Notes under the pieces: generated by a model
What the model saw: the letters and a program-made list of their open reading frames with translations, nothing else
Told to the model about the DNA's origin: nothing
The model's database searches: none
Position numbers and translations under genes: made by a program
Part shown: positions 53,818 to 62,995 of the stretch, one piece after another
Numbering within the stretch: the first letter of the stretch is position 1
How the letters are laid out: every line of letters starts with the position of its first letter
DNA from: an uncultured Gemmatimonadales bacterium
GTDB taxonomy: Bacteria; Gemmatimonadota; Gemmatimonadetes; Gemmatimonadales; GWC2-71-9
Assembly: GCA_963771275.1 (NCBI GenBank)
Contig: CAVYSW010000003.1
Location: 448,001 to 512,000 of the forward strand
Direction: 5' to 3'
Length of the DNA stretch: 64,000 nt

Positions 53818-54750
53818 ATGCGGCTCGTCTTCTTCGGCACGCCCGACTTCGCGACGCCGTCGCTCCGGGCCCTGCTCGAAGAGGGCTTCGAGGTGGCCGC
53901 GGTGGTCACCCAGCCCGACCGGCCGCACGGCCGTTCCCGCTCGGTGCTGCACCCGCCGCCCGTCAAGCAGGAGGCGCTGGCCGAGGGCCTTCCAATCCTG
54001 CAGCCCGAGCAGCCCAACGCGCCGGAGTTCCTCGATGCGCTGCGCCCCCTGGCGCCCGATCTCGGCGTCGTCGTCGCGTACGGGCACATTCTGAAGCCGG
54101 CCCTGTTGGCCCTCCCCCCGCGCGGCATGATCAACGTGCACGCATCGCTGCTGCCCGCGTTGCGCGGCGCCGCCCCGATCCAGCATGCCGTGATGCAGGG
54201 GCTCGAGGAGACGGGTATCACGATCATGCAAATGGAGGCCGGGATGGACACGGGGCCCGTGCTGCATCGGGTCCCGACGCCGATCGCGACCGACGAGACC
54301 GGGGGTGAGCTCGAGGTGCGGCTCGCGGAGCTCGGCGCGCTCGCCCTGATCGAGGCGCTCACGCTGCTCGACGCGGCGGCCATCGTCCGGCAGCCGCAGG
54401 ACCCGCGCCTGGCGAGCTACGCCCCCAAGATCACACCGGAGACCGCACGGATCCGCTGGGAGGCGCCCGCCCCGGTGTTGGCGCGCCTGGTCCGGGCGCT
54501 CGACCCACGCCCCGGCGCGTGGACCGCGCTCGGCGATCGGCGGATCAAGCTGTTCGGGCCGCGTGGCGCGGGGTGTCCGCCCGAGGGGACCGCGGCGGGC
54601 ACGATTCTCGAGATCGACCCGGCACTCGTGGTCGCCACCGGTGACGGGGCGCTGCAGTTTCTCGACGTCCAGCCCGAGGGGAAGGCACGGCTCGCCGCGG
54701 CGGACTGGCTCCGCGGCCGCGGGGCCCGCGTCGGCGACCGGTTTTCGTGA
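53818..54750 (+). CDS. fmt: Methionyl-tRNA formyltransferase
   Basis: GTPDFA, NVHASLLP, GMDTGP. Confidence 0.95.
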   Translation: MRLVFFGTPDFATPSLRALLEEGFEVAAVVTQPDRPHGRSRSVLHPPPVKQEALAEGLPILQPEQPNAPEFLDALRPLAPDLGVVVAYGHILKPALLALPPRGMINVHASLLPALRGAAPIQHAVMQGLEETGITIMQMEAGMDTGPVLHRVPTPIATDETGGELEVRLAELGALALIEALTLLDAAAIVRQPQDPRLASYAPKITPETARIRWEAPAPVLARLVRALDPRPGAWTALGDRRIKLFGPRGAGCPPEGTAAGTILEIDPALVVATGDGALQFLDVQPEGKARLAAADWLRGRGARVGDRFS

Positions 54751-55361
54751 GCCGGATTCCGCCGCTCCACGCGGTAACCGACGACCGCGTGCTGCGGCTG
54801 CCCGATTTCCTCGAGCGCGCACGCGCCGTGTCGCTGGGACCGGAGGTCGGGCTGCATCTTCGGGGCACCCTGCCCGCCCGTACCCTGCTTCGCCTCGCCG
54901 GGGCCCTCCGGCCGATCACGGCGGCTACCGGCACCCGGTTGATCATCCACGACCGCGTCGATCTCGCGCGGCTGTGTGACGCCGACGGCGTGCACCTGCC
55001 GGGGCACGGCCTCCCAGTGCCCGCTGTCCGGCGACTCCTCGGGGCCGACGCCCTGCTGGGGTGTTCGACCCACACCGGCGATGCGGCCAGATCGGCGGTC
55101 GCCGCCGGCGCGGACTACGCGTTTCTCGGAGCGATCTGGCCGACGGCGTCACACCCCGACCGCGTGCCGTTGGGCACCGCCGCCCTGCGCGGCGCGCTGC
55201 CCGCCCCGGTCATCGCCATCGGGGGCGTCACCGCGGCGCGCGCGGCGGCGGCCCGGGCGGCCGGCGCCTGCGGCGTCGCCGCGATCAGGGCCCTGTGGGA
55301 CGCCGCCGATCCGGCTGCGGCCGCGCGCGCGCTGCTGCTATCTTTCGAGCATGTCTCCTGA
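54747..55361 (+). CDS. ThiE/TenI-family protein (probable thiazole tautomerase TenI)
   Basis: HLR, HDRVDLA, GVHLP, CSTH, PTASHP, AIGGV; adjacent to thiS-thiG. Confidence 0.8.
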   Translation: MSRIPPLHAVTDDRVLRLPDFLERARAVSLGPEVGLHLRGTLPARTLLRLAGALRPITAATGTRLIIHDRVDLARLCDADGVHLPGHGLPVPAVRRLLGADALLGCSTHTGDAARSAVAAGADYAFLGAIWPTASHPDRVPLGTAALRGALPAPVIAIGGVTAARAAAARAAGACGVAAIRALWDAADPAAAARALLLSFEHVS

Positions 55362-55566
55362 GGTGATCCGCCTCATCGTCAACGGCGAGTCGCGCGAGGT
55401 GCCGAGCGACGCTTCGCTGCTCCAGCTGCTCGAGCGGTTCGACCTCGATCCCCGCCTGGTCGTGGTCGAGCTGAATCGCCAGATCGTGCGGCGTCCGGCC
55501 CTGGCCGGCACACGGGTCCGTGACGGCGACCAGGTCGAGCTCGTGCACTTCGTGGGGGGAGGATGA
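55351..55566 (+). CDS. thiS: Sulfur carrier protein ThiS
   Basis: VNGE, VVELN, C-terminal FVGGG. Confidence 0.93.
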   Translation: MSPEVIRLIVNGESREVPSDASLLQLLERFDLDPRLVVVELNRQIVRRPALAGTRVRDGDQVELVHFVGGG

Positions 55567-55567
55567 G

Positions 55568-56359
55568 GTGAGCGACGCCGCCTGGCAGGATACCGCTCTC
55601 GCGATCGGCGGCCGGACGTTCCGGTCCCGTCTCATCGTCGGCACCGGGAAGTACAAGGACCACGCCACCATGGTCAGCGCCCATGCGGCATCGGGCGCGG
55701 AGATCGTGACGGTGGCCGTGCGCCGGGTGGATCTGGACCGCACCAAGGAAGAGGGTATCCTCTACCATCTCGATCCCCAGCGGTACTTCCTGCTCGCCAA
55801 CACCGCCGGCTGCTACACGGCGGGCGACGCCGTGCGCTACGCGCGTCTCGCGCGCGAGGCGGGCTTCAACGAGTTCATCAAGCTCGAGGTGATCGGCGAT
55901 CAGCAGACGCTCCTGCCGGAGGTGGAAGAGCTGCTCAAGGCCACCCGCACGCTCGTCGCCGACGGCTTTCGGGTGATGGCCTATACGAACGAGGACCTCG
56001 TCACCGCTCTCAAGCTCCAGGACGCCGGCGCGGCGGCCGTGATGCCGCTCGCCTCGCCGATCGGGAGCGGGCTGGGGCTGCTCAACCCCTACGCGATCCG
56101 GACGATCAAGAGCCGGCTCACCGTGCCGGTGATCGTGGACGCCGGCGTCGGCACGGCGTCCGATGCCTGCGTGACCATGGAGCAGGGCGTCGACGGCATC
56201 CTGATGAACACGGCGGTCGCCGAAGCGCGCGACCCCGTGGCGATGGCCCACGCCATGCGCCTGGCCGTCGCGGCCGGGCGCGCGGCCTACGTGGCCGGGC
56301 GGATGCCGCGCCGCGAAGTGGCGGTCCCGTCGAGCCCCGCCAAGGGAATGCTGGGCTGA
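55568..56359 (+). CDS. thiG: Thiazole synthase
   Basis: [35 protein letters not shown]. Confidence 0.96.
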   Translation: MSDAAWQDTALAIGGRTFRSRLIVGTGKYKDHATMVSAHAASGAEIVTVAVRRVDLDRTKEEGILYHLDPQRYFLLANTAGCYTAGDAVRYARLAREAGFNEFIKLEVIGDQQTLLPEVEELLKATRTLVADGFRVMAYTNEDLVTALKLQDAGAAAVMPLASPIGSGLGLLNPYAIRTIKSRLTVPVIVDAGVGTASDACVTMEQGVDGILMNTAVAEARDPVAMAHAMRLAVAAGRAAYVAGRMPRREVAVPSSPAKGMLG

Positions 56360-57648
56360 GCGTTCGTGGCGCCGCGACCCGCGCCGCCGCGCTCGAGGTG
56401 CTGCGCGCCGTGCGAGGTGGCGTTACGTTCGACGCCGCGCTGGCGTCTGCCCTGGGCGACCTCGCGGAGCCGGATCGACGGTTGGCGCACGAGCTCGCCG
56501 CGGGCGTGCTGCGCGCGCGCACCGCGCTGGATCTGACGATCGCGCGCCACGTCTCGTCCGATTGGCGGCGGGTGGACGATGACGTCCGCGACGTGCTGCG
56601 GCTGGGAGCGTACCAGCTCCTCGAACTCGACCGTGTGCCCGCCCACGCGGCCGTCGCGACGGCGGTGGACCTCGCGAAGCGGGCGCACGGCACGCGGTCG
56701 GCCGGGTTCGTGAACGCGGTCCTGCGGCGGATCGCGCGCGGGCGGGATGCCGGTGCGGAACCGCGGAACGGCGGCGCGCCCGCGCTCGAGGCTGGACGGA
56801 CGGCGTCGGAGCTGGCCCGGCACTACTCCCACCCGGAGTGGTTGGTCGCCCGCTGGATCGACGCGTTCGGCACGGAGCGCGCCGCGTCCCTGCTCGCGTG
56901 CAACAACCGGCGGCCCGTGACGCACCTCCAGCCGGCCCGTTGGGACCTCGACCGGCTCGCGCGCGAGCTCGCGACGGCGGGCATCACGAGCGAGTCGGCC
57001 CCCGGCGGCGCGGGCCTCGCGGTTCGCGGCATTCGCGTCGAGCAGCTGCCCGGCTACCGGGAGGGGGGGTTCGTCGTGCAGGATGCGGCGCAGGCGCTCG
57101 GTCTCGCCCATGCCGCGATCCCCGACGGCGCCCTGGTCTGGGACGCGTGCGCGGCGCCGGGCGGCAAGACCGCGACGCTGGCACGCCAATGCCGGGTGGT
57201 CGCTTCCGACGTGCGGCGCGAGCGGCTGGCCCGGTTGCTGGAGACGGTTCGGCGGGCGGCGCCCGCTGTCCGCGTCCTGTGCGCCGATGCGACTCGGCCG
57301 CCGTTCGGGGCGGACCGGTTCGACGCGGTGCTGCTCGACGCCCCCTGCACCGCCACCGGCACGCTGGCCAGGCACCCAGACGCGCGGTGGCGCGCCTCGC
57401 CCGTCCGGCTGCGACGCCTGCAGGCGCTGCAGGGAGCGCTGCTCGATGGCGTGGCCGGCACGGTGCGGCCTGGCGGGGTGCTGGTGTACATGACCTGTTC
57501 ACTCGAGCCGGAGGAAAACGCCGTCCAGATGGAGCGCTTCCTGACCCGCCATCCGGCGTTCCGCCGCGAGCAGGAGGACCTGCTGGTCTTCCCGCCCGAT
57601 CGCGGCACCGACGGCGGCTACACGGCCCGCCTGGTCCGGATCGCATGA
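56356..57648 (+). CDS. rsmB: 16S rRNA m5C967 methyltransferase
   Basis: NusB-like N-terminus, SHPEWL, VQDAA, DACAAPGGK, DAPC, YMTCS; start CTG 56356 inferred (GTG 56398 alternative). Confidence 0.9.
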   Translation: MSVRGAATRAAALEVLRAVRGGVTFDAALASALGDLAEPDRRLAHELAAGVLRARTALDLTIARHVSSDWRRVDDDVRDVLRLGAYQLLELDRVPAHAAVATAVDLAKRAHGTRSAGFVNAVLRRIARGRDAGAEPRNGGAPALEAGRTASELARHYSHPEWLVARWIDAFGTERAASLLACNNRRPVTHLQPARWDLDRLARELATAGITSESAPGGAGLAVRGIRVEQLPGYREGGFVVQDAAQALGLAHAAIPDGALVWDACAAPGGKTATLARQCRVVASDVRRERLARLLETVRRAAPAVRVLCADATRPPFGADRFDAVLLDAPCTATGTLARHPDARWRASPVRLRRLQALQGALLDGVAGTVRPGGVLVYMTCSLEPEENAVQMERFLTRHPAFRREQEDLLVFPPDRGTDGGYTARLVRIA

Positions 57649-58568
57649 GGGTGCGTCGCACGTTCGCCGAGCGCGGGCCGCTTGCGCGGTGGATGGAGCG
57701 GTTGCGCGCGCGGCTTCACATCGGGCGCACACCGCCGAGCGATCGGCCGCGGGCCGAGGCGCCGCCGCCGTGGCCCCACGAGCCTGCGACGACGACGCTG
57801 ACGTCGGAGCTGGGGGAGGGCACCGGGGCAACGCCGCGCGTCTGGTGGCGCGAGCGGCGCGTTGCGCTCATGGCCACCGGGGTGTTCGGCGGCACGCTGC
57901 TGCTCGGGTATCTGCTGGCGGCGCTCGTGTTCTTCCCCGCCCCGATCTTCGCCAGCAGCAAGAACGTGCCCCGCCTGATCGGCATGCAGGAAGGCACCGC
58001 GCGCGAGGCGCTGGCGAGGAGCGGGCTCGGCGTCGCCACCGTCGAGCGAGCTGCGCACCCGTCGGCCGCGCCGGGGGTGGTTATCTGGCAGGATCCCCCG
58101 CCGGAGGTGGTGGCCCGCGAGGGCACCGACGTCGCGCTGACGGTGAGCACCGGCCCGCAACGCATCCCGGTGCCAGATGTCGCCGGATACGAGGCGCAGG
58201 ATGCCCGGCTCCTGCTGGAGTCGGCGGGCCTCAAGGTCGGGTCGATCGAGTCCACGCAGGCGCCCACGCCCAAGAACATCGCCGTCAACACGCGCCCGCC
58301 CGCCGGCAGCACCCTGCTCCCTGGCACGGCCGTCACGCTCGTCGTGAGCGTCGGGGCCGCCACGATCCGGGTCCCCGCCCTGACCGGCCTTACCGTCGAG
58401 GAGGCGCGCTTGGCCCTCGAGACCGCGGGACTCACCCTCGGCACGAGCTTCGCCCAGACGACGCAGGCCGCGGCACCCGGGGAGATCTTCTACCAGGAAC
58501 CGGCGGCCGGAACGTTGAGCGCGCCCGGGACGCCGGTCAACGTGCGCATCGCCCGGAGCGGCCAATGA
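57645..58568 (+). CDS. Single-pass membrane protein with three PASTA domains (no kinase domain)
   Basis: TM segment, then VPRLIG / VPDVAG / VPALTG repeats with QDPP, TRPPAG, QEPAAG. Confidence 0.88.
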   Translation: MRVRRTFAERGPLARWMERLRARLHIGRTPPSDRPRAEAPPPWPHEPATTTLTSELGEGTGATPRVWWRERRVALMATGVFGGTLLLGYLLAALVFFPAPIFASSKNVPRLIGMQEGTAREALARSGLGVATVERAAHPSAAPGVVIWQDPPPEVVAREGTDVALTVSTGPQRIPVPDVAGYEAQDARLLLESAGLKVGSIESTQAPTPKNIAVNTRPPAGSTLLPGTAVTLVVSVGAATIRVPALTGLTVEEARLALETAGLTLGTSFAQTTQAAAPGEIFYQEPAAGTLSAPGTPVNVRIARSGQ

Positions 58569-59233
58569 GCCCAGTGCGGATCGCCCCCAGCATCCTCAGC
58601 GCGGACCCGGGACGGCTCGCGGAGGACATCGCGCGGGCCGCCGAGGGCGGCGCGGACCTGATCCACATCGACGTCATGGATGGCCGGTTCGTGCCCAATC
58701 TGACGTTCGGCGCGGCGGTGATCGCCGCCGCCCGTCGCGCCACGAGCCTGCCGCTCGACGTGCATCTGATGGTGGTGGAGCCCGAGCGCTACCTCACCCC
58801 ATTCGCCGAGGCGGGGGCCGCGATCTTCACGTTCCATCCGGAAGCCACCCGCCATCCGCAACGCCATCTCGTGGTCGCGCACGAGCTCGGGATGCGCGCG
58901 GGCCTGGCCCTCAATCCCGGCACACCGCTCGCGCTGGTCGAGGACATGCTCGACGACGTGGATCTGCTGCTCGTCATGACGGTGAACCCTGGCTACGGCG
59001 GGCAGAGTTACATTCCAGCGTCGACCACGAAGATCCGCCGGGCACGTGCCCTGATCGCCGCGCACGGCAACCGCACGTGGCTCGAAGTGGACGGCGGGAT
59101 CACGGTGGACACGATCGCGACCGCCTACGTGGCGGGCGCGGATACTTTCGTGGCCGGGTCGGCCGTGTTCGGCGCGGATGACCCCGGCGCGGCGGTCCGC
59201 GAACTTCGGCGACGCTGCGCGGTACACGTCTAG
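58565..59233 (+). CDS. rpe: Ribulose-phosphate 3-epimerase
   Basis: IAPSILSAD, HIDVMDG, DVHLM, MTVNPGYGGQ, EVDGG. Confidence 0.96.
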   Translation: MSPVRIAPSILSADPGRLAEDIARAAEGGADLIHIDVMDGRFVPNLTFGAAVIAAARRATSLPLDVHLMVVEPERYLTPFAEAGAAIFTFHPEATRHPQRHLVVAHELGMRAGLALNPGTPLALVEDMLDDVDLLLVMTVNPGYGGQSYIPASTTKIRRARALIAAHGNRTWLEVDGGITVDTIATAYVAGADTFVAGSAVFGADDPGAAVRELRRRCAVHV

Positions 59234-59254
59234 GGAAGCGTGGAAGGTCGAGAC

Positions 59255-59791
59255 ATGAGGAACCGCAGTCAGTGGATCGCCGTCGCCGTGGTGCTGGGCG
59301 TGCTCGGGTTCGGGTTGGGGGCGGCCCTGGTGCTCAGCCCCGAGATCAAGCGGATCGAGCCCGGGGTGCGGGCGCCCGACGCCAGGGTCGTGGACGTCGC
59401 GACCGGCGATACGGTGGGCATCCGCGATTTCCGTGGTGAGGTGGTCCTGCTCAACGTCTGGGCCACCTGGTGCGCGCCGTGTCTCGAAGAGATGCCGTCG
59501 ATGGAGCGCCTCTACCAGGAGCTCGGCCCCGAAGGGCTCAGGATCGTCGCCGTCAGCATCGACCAGCTCGACCCCGCGGCCGTGCGGCGCTGGACGGAAG
59601 AGCGCGCCTTGACGTTCACCATTCTTCAGGACCGCTCCGGCAAGATCGAGCAGACTTTCCAGACGACCGGCACGCCCGAGAGCTTCGTGCTCGACAAGGA
59701 CGGCGTGATCGTCAAGAAGGTCATCGGGGCGGTCCCGTGGGATCACCCCGCCCAGAAAGCGCTGTTCCGGAGGCTGCTTGCGGCCGACTAG
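59255..59791 (+). CDS. TlpA/ResA-family thiol-disulfide oxidoreductase
   Basis: N-terminal TM, NVWATWCAPC, TPESF. Confidence 0.9.
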   Translation: MRNRSQWIAVAVVLGVLGFGLGAALVLSPEIKRIEPGVRAPDARVVDVATGDTVGIRDFRGEVVLLNVWATWCAPCLEEMPSMERLYQELGPEGLRIVAVSIDQLDPAAVRRWTEERALTFTILQDRSGKIEQTFQTTGTPESFVLDKDGVIVKKVIGAVPWDHPAQKALFRRLLAAD

Positions 59792-60719
59792 GTCGTGGAC
59801 GATCGCGCTGCGCTCGGCGATCGTCACGAACTGGCCGGTCAAGGTCACGGCGCTGGTGCTGTCCGGCGTCTTGTGGGCGGCGGTGGCCGCGGAAGAGCCC
59901 ACGACCCAACTCATTCCGGTCCACCTTGTCGTCCAGCCCCCTGCGGGGCGCATGCTCCGGGGCTCGGTGCCCACGGTCCAGGCGGTCTACATCGGGAGCA
60001 CCCGCGAGCTCATCAAGCTGTATTCGTCGCCGCCCACGGTCCGCAAAGTCATCCCGGACACGCTCACCGGTAACCGGTTCGAGCTGGAGCTGGCCCCCCA
60101 GGACCTCGTGACGGGGAAACAGATCAACGTGCGCGCCGAGGACATTCAGCCGCGCAGCCTGCTCATTCAGCTCGACGAGGTGGCCCGCCGAACGGTCCGG
60201 GTCATGCCGCGCGTCACGGTGGTCCCGGAATCCGGCTACGCGGTGCTCGACGGCTTGACGGTGGCGCCAAGCTCGGTGCTCGTGGTCGGGCCGGACACGG
60301 CCCTCCGCCAGCTCCACGAGGTGCCGACCTTGCCGGTCGCCTTGAGCGGGCTCACGGCTCCGGTTCGGCGCAGGGTCAGGCTCGATACCGCCGGACTGGG
60401 ACCGATCCGGGTCACCCCCGACGAAGTCGACGTGTCGGTCGATGTCGCGTTCATGGCGGAGCGCGTCTTGATGGGCGTGCCGGTCGCCATCCAGGGGGAG
60501 CGGAGTCCCACGACCGCCGCGACCCCGCCGGCCGTCATCGTGACGGTGCGCGGGCCGAGCGGCCGGCTGGTCCACCTCACACGGGATTCCGTGACGGTCG
60601 TCGCCACCCGGACCGATACCGACCGGGCGGAGACCGTGCGGCTGCAGGTGGTGCCGCCCGAGGGCCTCACCGCCGTCGCGACACCCGATTCCGTCTTGCT
60701 CCAACGCCGCCGTGGCTGA
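59778..60719 (+). CDS. CdaR/YbbR-like membrane-anchored protein
   Basis: NWPVKVTALVLSGVLW; repeated PxxVxVxGP modules. Confidence 0.78.
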   Translation: MRPTRSWTIALRSAIVTNWPVKVTALVLSGVLWAAVAAEEPTTQLIPVHLVVQPPAGRMLRGSVPTVQAVYIGSTRELIKLYSSPPTVRKVIPDTLTGNRFELELAPQDLVTGKQINVRAEDIQPRSLLIQLDEVARRTVRVMPRVTVVPESGYAVLDGLTVAPSSVLVVGPDTALRQLHEVPTLPVALSGLTAPVRRRVRLDTAGLGPIRVTPDEVDVSVDVAFMAERVLMGVPVAIQGERSPTTAATPPAVIVTVRGPSGRLVHLTRDSVTVVATRTDTDRAETVRLQVVPPEGLTAVATPDSVLLQRRRG

Positions 60720-61749
60720 CGTCGTCCTCGGGATCGAGTCCTCGTGCGACGAGACCTCGGCCGCCATCCTGGTGTGTGACGGCGACCGGGCGGAGCTCGC
60801 GAGCCTGGTGATCCTCTCCCAGGATGTCCATCAGGTGTTCGGGGGCGTCGTTCCCGAGCTGGCAAGTCGGGCGCACCTCAGGGCACTCGACCCGGTCGTC
60901 GGCCGCGCGCTCGCTGAAGCCGGCCTGCCGCTCAGCGCGGTCGACGCCGTCGCGGTCACGGCGGGCCCGGGTCTGATCGGCGCCTTGCTGGTGGGCGTGA
61001 GCTATGCAAAGGCGCTCGCGGCCGGGTGCGGGCTGCGCCTGATCGGTGTGCACCACCTGGAAGGGCATCTGTTCGCACCCACCCTCGAGGACCCCGACCT
61101 TGCGCCGCCGTTCGTGGCACTGATCGTGTCGGGCGGCCACACCCTGCTGCTCGACGTGCCCGAGTGGGGCCGCTATCGGGTGCTCGGTGAGACGCGCGAT
61201 GACGCCGCCGGTGAGGCGTTCGACAAAGTCGCCACGCTGCTGGGCCTCGGGTACCCGGGCGGGCCCGCCATCGAGCGACTCGCTGAGCGGGGCACGGACC
61301 GCTTCCGCCTGCCGCGCCCCATGCTCGGCGCGGGATTCGACTTCTCGTTCAGCGGCCTCAAGACCGCCGTGCTCCACGCCGTGCGCGCCTCGACGAGTCT
61401 CGACGCCGATCGTGCGGACCTCGCCCGCTCGTTCCAGGACGCGGTGATCGACGTCCTCGCGGCGAAGGCAACGGCCGCCCTCGAGGACACCGGACACCGC
61501 GCGCTCGTGGTCGGCGGCGGCGTCGCGTGCAATCGGGCGCTCGCCGAGCGACTGGCGCGCGCGCTGTCCGGGCGCGCCCGCGTCGTGGTAGCACAGCCCC
61601 GGCTCAACCTCGACAACGCCGCGATGATCGCCCGCGCCGGGTGGTTTCACCTCCGGCGCGGCGAGCAGAGCGATCACTTTCTGGACGCCGATCCGTCGCT
61701 CCCCTGGCCGGGGCTGGAGCGTGGGCCGGTCGCCGCCCCCGCGCCATGA
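60712..61749 (+). CDS. tsaD: tRNA N6-adenosine threonylcarbamoyltransferase
   Basis: GIESSCDET, GGVVPELASRAH, HHLEGH, VSGGHT, DDAAGEAFDK. Confidence 0.96.
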   Translation: MADVVLGIESSCDETSAAILVCDGDRAELASLVILSQDVHQVFGGVVPELASRAHLRALDPVVGRALAEAGLPLSAVDAVAVTAGPGLIGALLVGVSYAKALAAGCGLRLIGVHHLEGHLFAPTLEDPDLAPPFVALIVSGGHTLLLDVPEWGRYRVLGETRDDAAGEAFDKVATLLGLGYPGGPAIERLAERGTDRFRLPRPMLGAGFDFSFSGLKTAVLHAVRASTSLDADRADLARSFQDAVIDVLAAKATAALEDTGHRALVVGGGVACNRALAERLARALSGRARVVVAQPRLNLDNAAMIARAGWFHLRRGEQSDHFLDADPSLPWPGLERGPVAAPAP

Positions 61750-62582
61750 CCGTCTATCCCCTCACGTTCAAGATTCTCGGCCTGCAGGTCACGGGCTTCG
61801 GCATCATGATGATGCTCAGCTTTCTCGCCGCGGGCTGGGTGATGCAACTGGAGCTGCGCCGCCGGAAGCTCAACGAGGAATACGCCGCAGACGTGGTCGT
61901 GGCGGCCGTCATCGGCGGCATCATCGGCGCGCGCCTGTGGTACGTGGCGCTGACCGGCGATCCCCACGCGCTGTTCTCGCGCAGCGGCCTCGTGTGGTAC
62001 GGCGGCTTCATCGGCGGACTGGTGGCGGTGCTCGGCTGGGGCTGGTGGAAGCGGGTCCCGGCCCGGTTCACCTTCGAGCTGACCGCACCCGCGCTTGCAC
62101 TCGGACACGGTCTGGGCCGCGTCGGGTGCTTTCTCGTGCAGGACGACTACGGCATGCCGACCACGCTTCCGTGGGGGATGCGGTTTCCGCACGGCCTGCC
62201 GCCGACCACCGCCGCCGACCTCAGTCGCTGGGGTGTAGCAGTCCCCGCCGGGACACCACCCGGCGAAGTGCTCGCGGTGCACCCGACGCAACTCTACGAG
62301 GTCGTAGCGCTGCTGTTCATGTTCTGGCTGCTGTGGCGGCTCCGCCGGCACCACCACGCGCTGGGCTGGCTGTTCGGCGTCTACCTCGTCGCCGTCGGGA
62401 TCGAACGCTTCCTGGTCGAGTTCCTGCGCGCGAAGGACGACCGCATGCTCGGTCCCTTCACGCTCGCCCAGGCCGCGAGCGTCGCCGCCGCACTGTGCGG
62501 CGCGCTGTTGCTGTGGCGCTGGCGCCGGGACGACGGACGCCGCGTCGCCGCCGACGGGGCCCTCAAGCCCCCCGGGACCTAG
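61746..62582 (+). CDS. lgt: Prolipoprotein diacylglyceryl transferase
   Basis: GARL, GLVWYGG, GRVGCF, HPTQLYE, RFLVEFLR. Confidence 0.92.
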   Translation: MTVYPLTFKILGLQVTGFGIMMMLSFLAAGWVMQLELRRRKLNEEYAADVVVAAVIGGIIGARLWYVALTGDPHALFSRSGLVWYGGFIGGLVAVLGWGWWKRVPARFTFELTAPALALGHGLGRVGCFLVQDDYGMPTTLPWGMRFPHGLPPTTAADLSRWGVAVPAGTPPGEVLAVHPTQLYEVVALLFMFWLLWRLRRHHHALGWLFGVYLVAVGIERFLVEFLRAKDDRMLGPFTLAQAASVAAALCGALLLWRWRRDDGRRVAADGALKPPGT

Positions 62583-62635
62583 CCGGAACGTTCCCATGCG
62601 TGGGCGGGCTCGGTCGCCCGGGGACTGGACGGACC

Positions 62636-62675
62636 GAGATGAAGATATGTATATTGCTATAGATTAATTATCTCG
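62636..62675. promoter_or_regulatory. AT-rich promoter/operator candidate
   Basis: GAGATGAAGATATGTATATTGCTATAGATTAATTATCTC; dyad AGAT-TAATT-ATCT at 62661-62673. Confidence 0.45.
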
Positions 62676-62715
62676 ACCTGCCGAGCGCACCGGGACACAA
62701 CGCGGACCCGATCCA

Positions 62716-62931
62716 TTGCCCAGCTACGACTACCGCTGCCGCGATTGCGGCCAGGCGTTCTCGATCCGCCTCTCGATGGCCGCCTACTCCGAGGGGGGTG
62801 TACGCCCGCCCTGCGTCGCGTGCGGCTCGGCGAACGTGGAGCGGAGCTTCTCTGCCGTGAACGTGCTCACCGGGTCGCGCGGGGGCGGCTCCTCTGCCGC
62901 CGGGTGCGGATCATCGAGCGGGTTCACCTGA
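62716..62931 (+). CDS. FmdB-family zinc-ribbon protein
   Basis: MPSYDYRCRDCG...PCVACGS..VER..S; TTG start. Confidence 0.85.
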   Translation: MPSYDYRCRDCGQAFSIRLSMAAYSEGGVRPPCVACGSANVERSFSAVNVLTGSRGGGSSAAGCGSSSGFT

Positions 62932-62995
62932 GCCACCTGACGCTGCCGCCCGGTGCGGGCGGAGATCGCTGCTTCCCGTCGGGTTGAGCCCGGGG

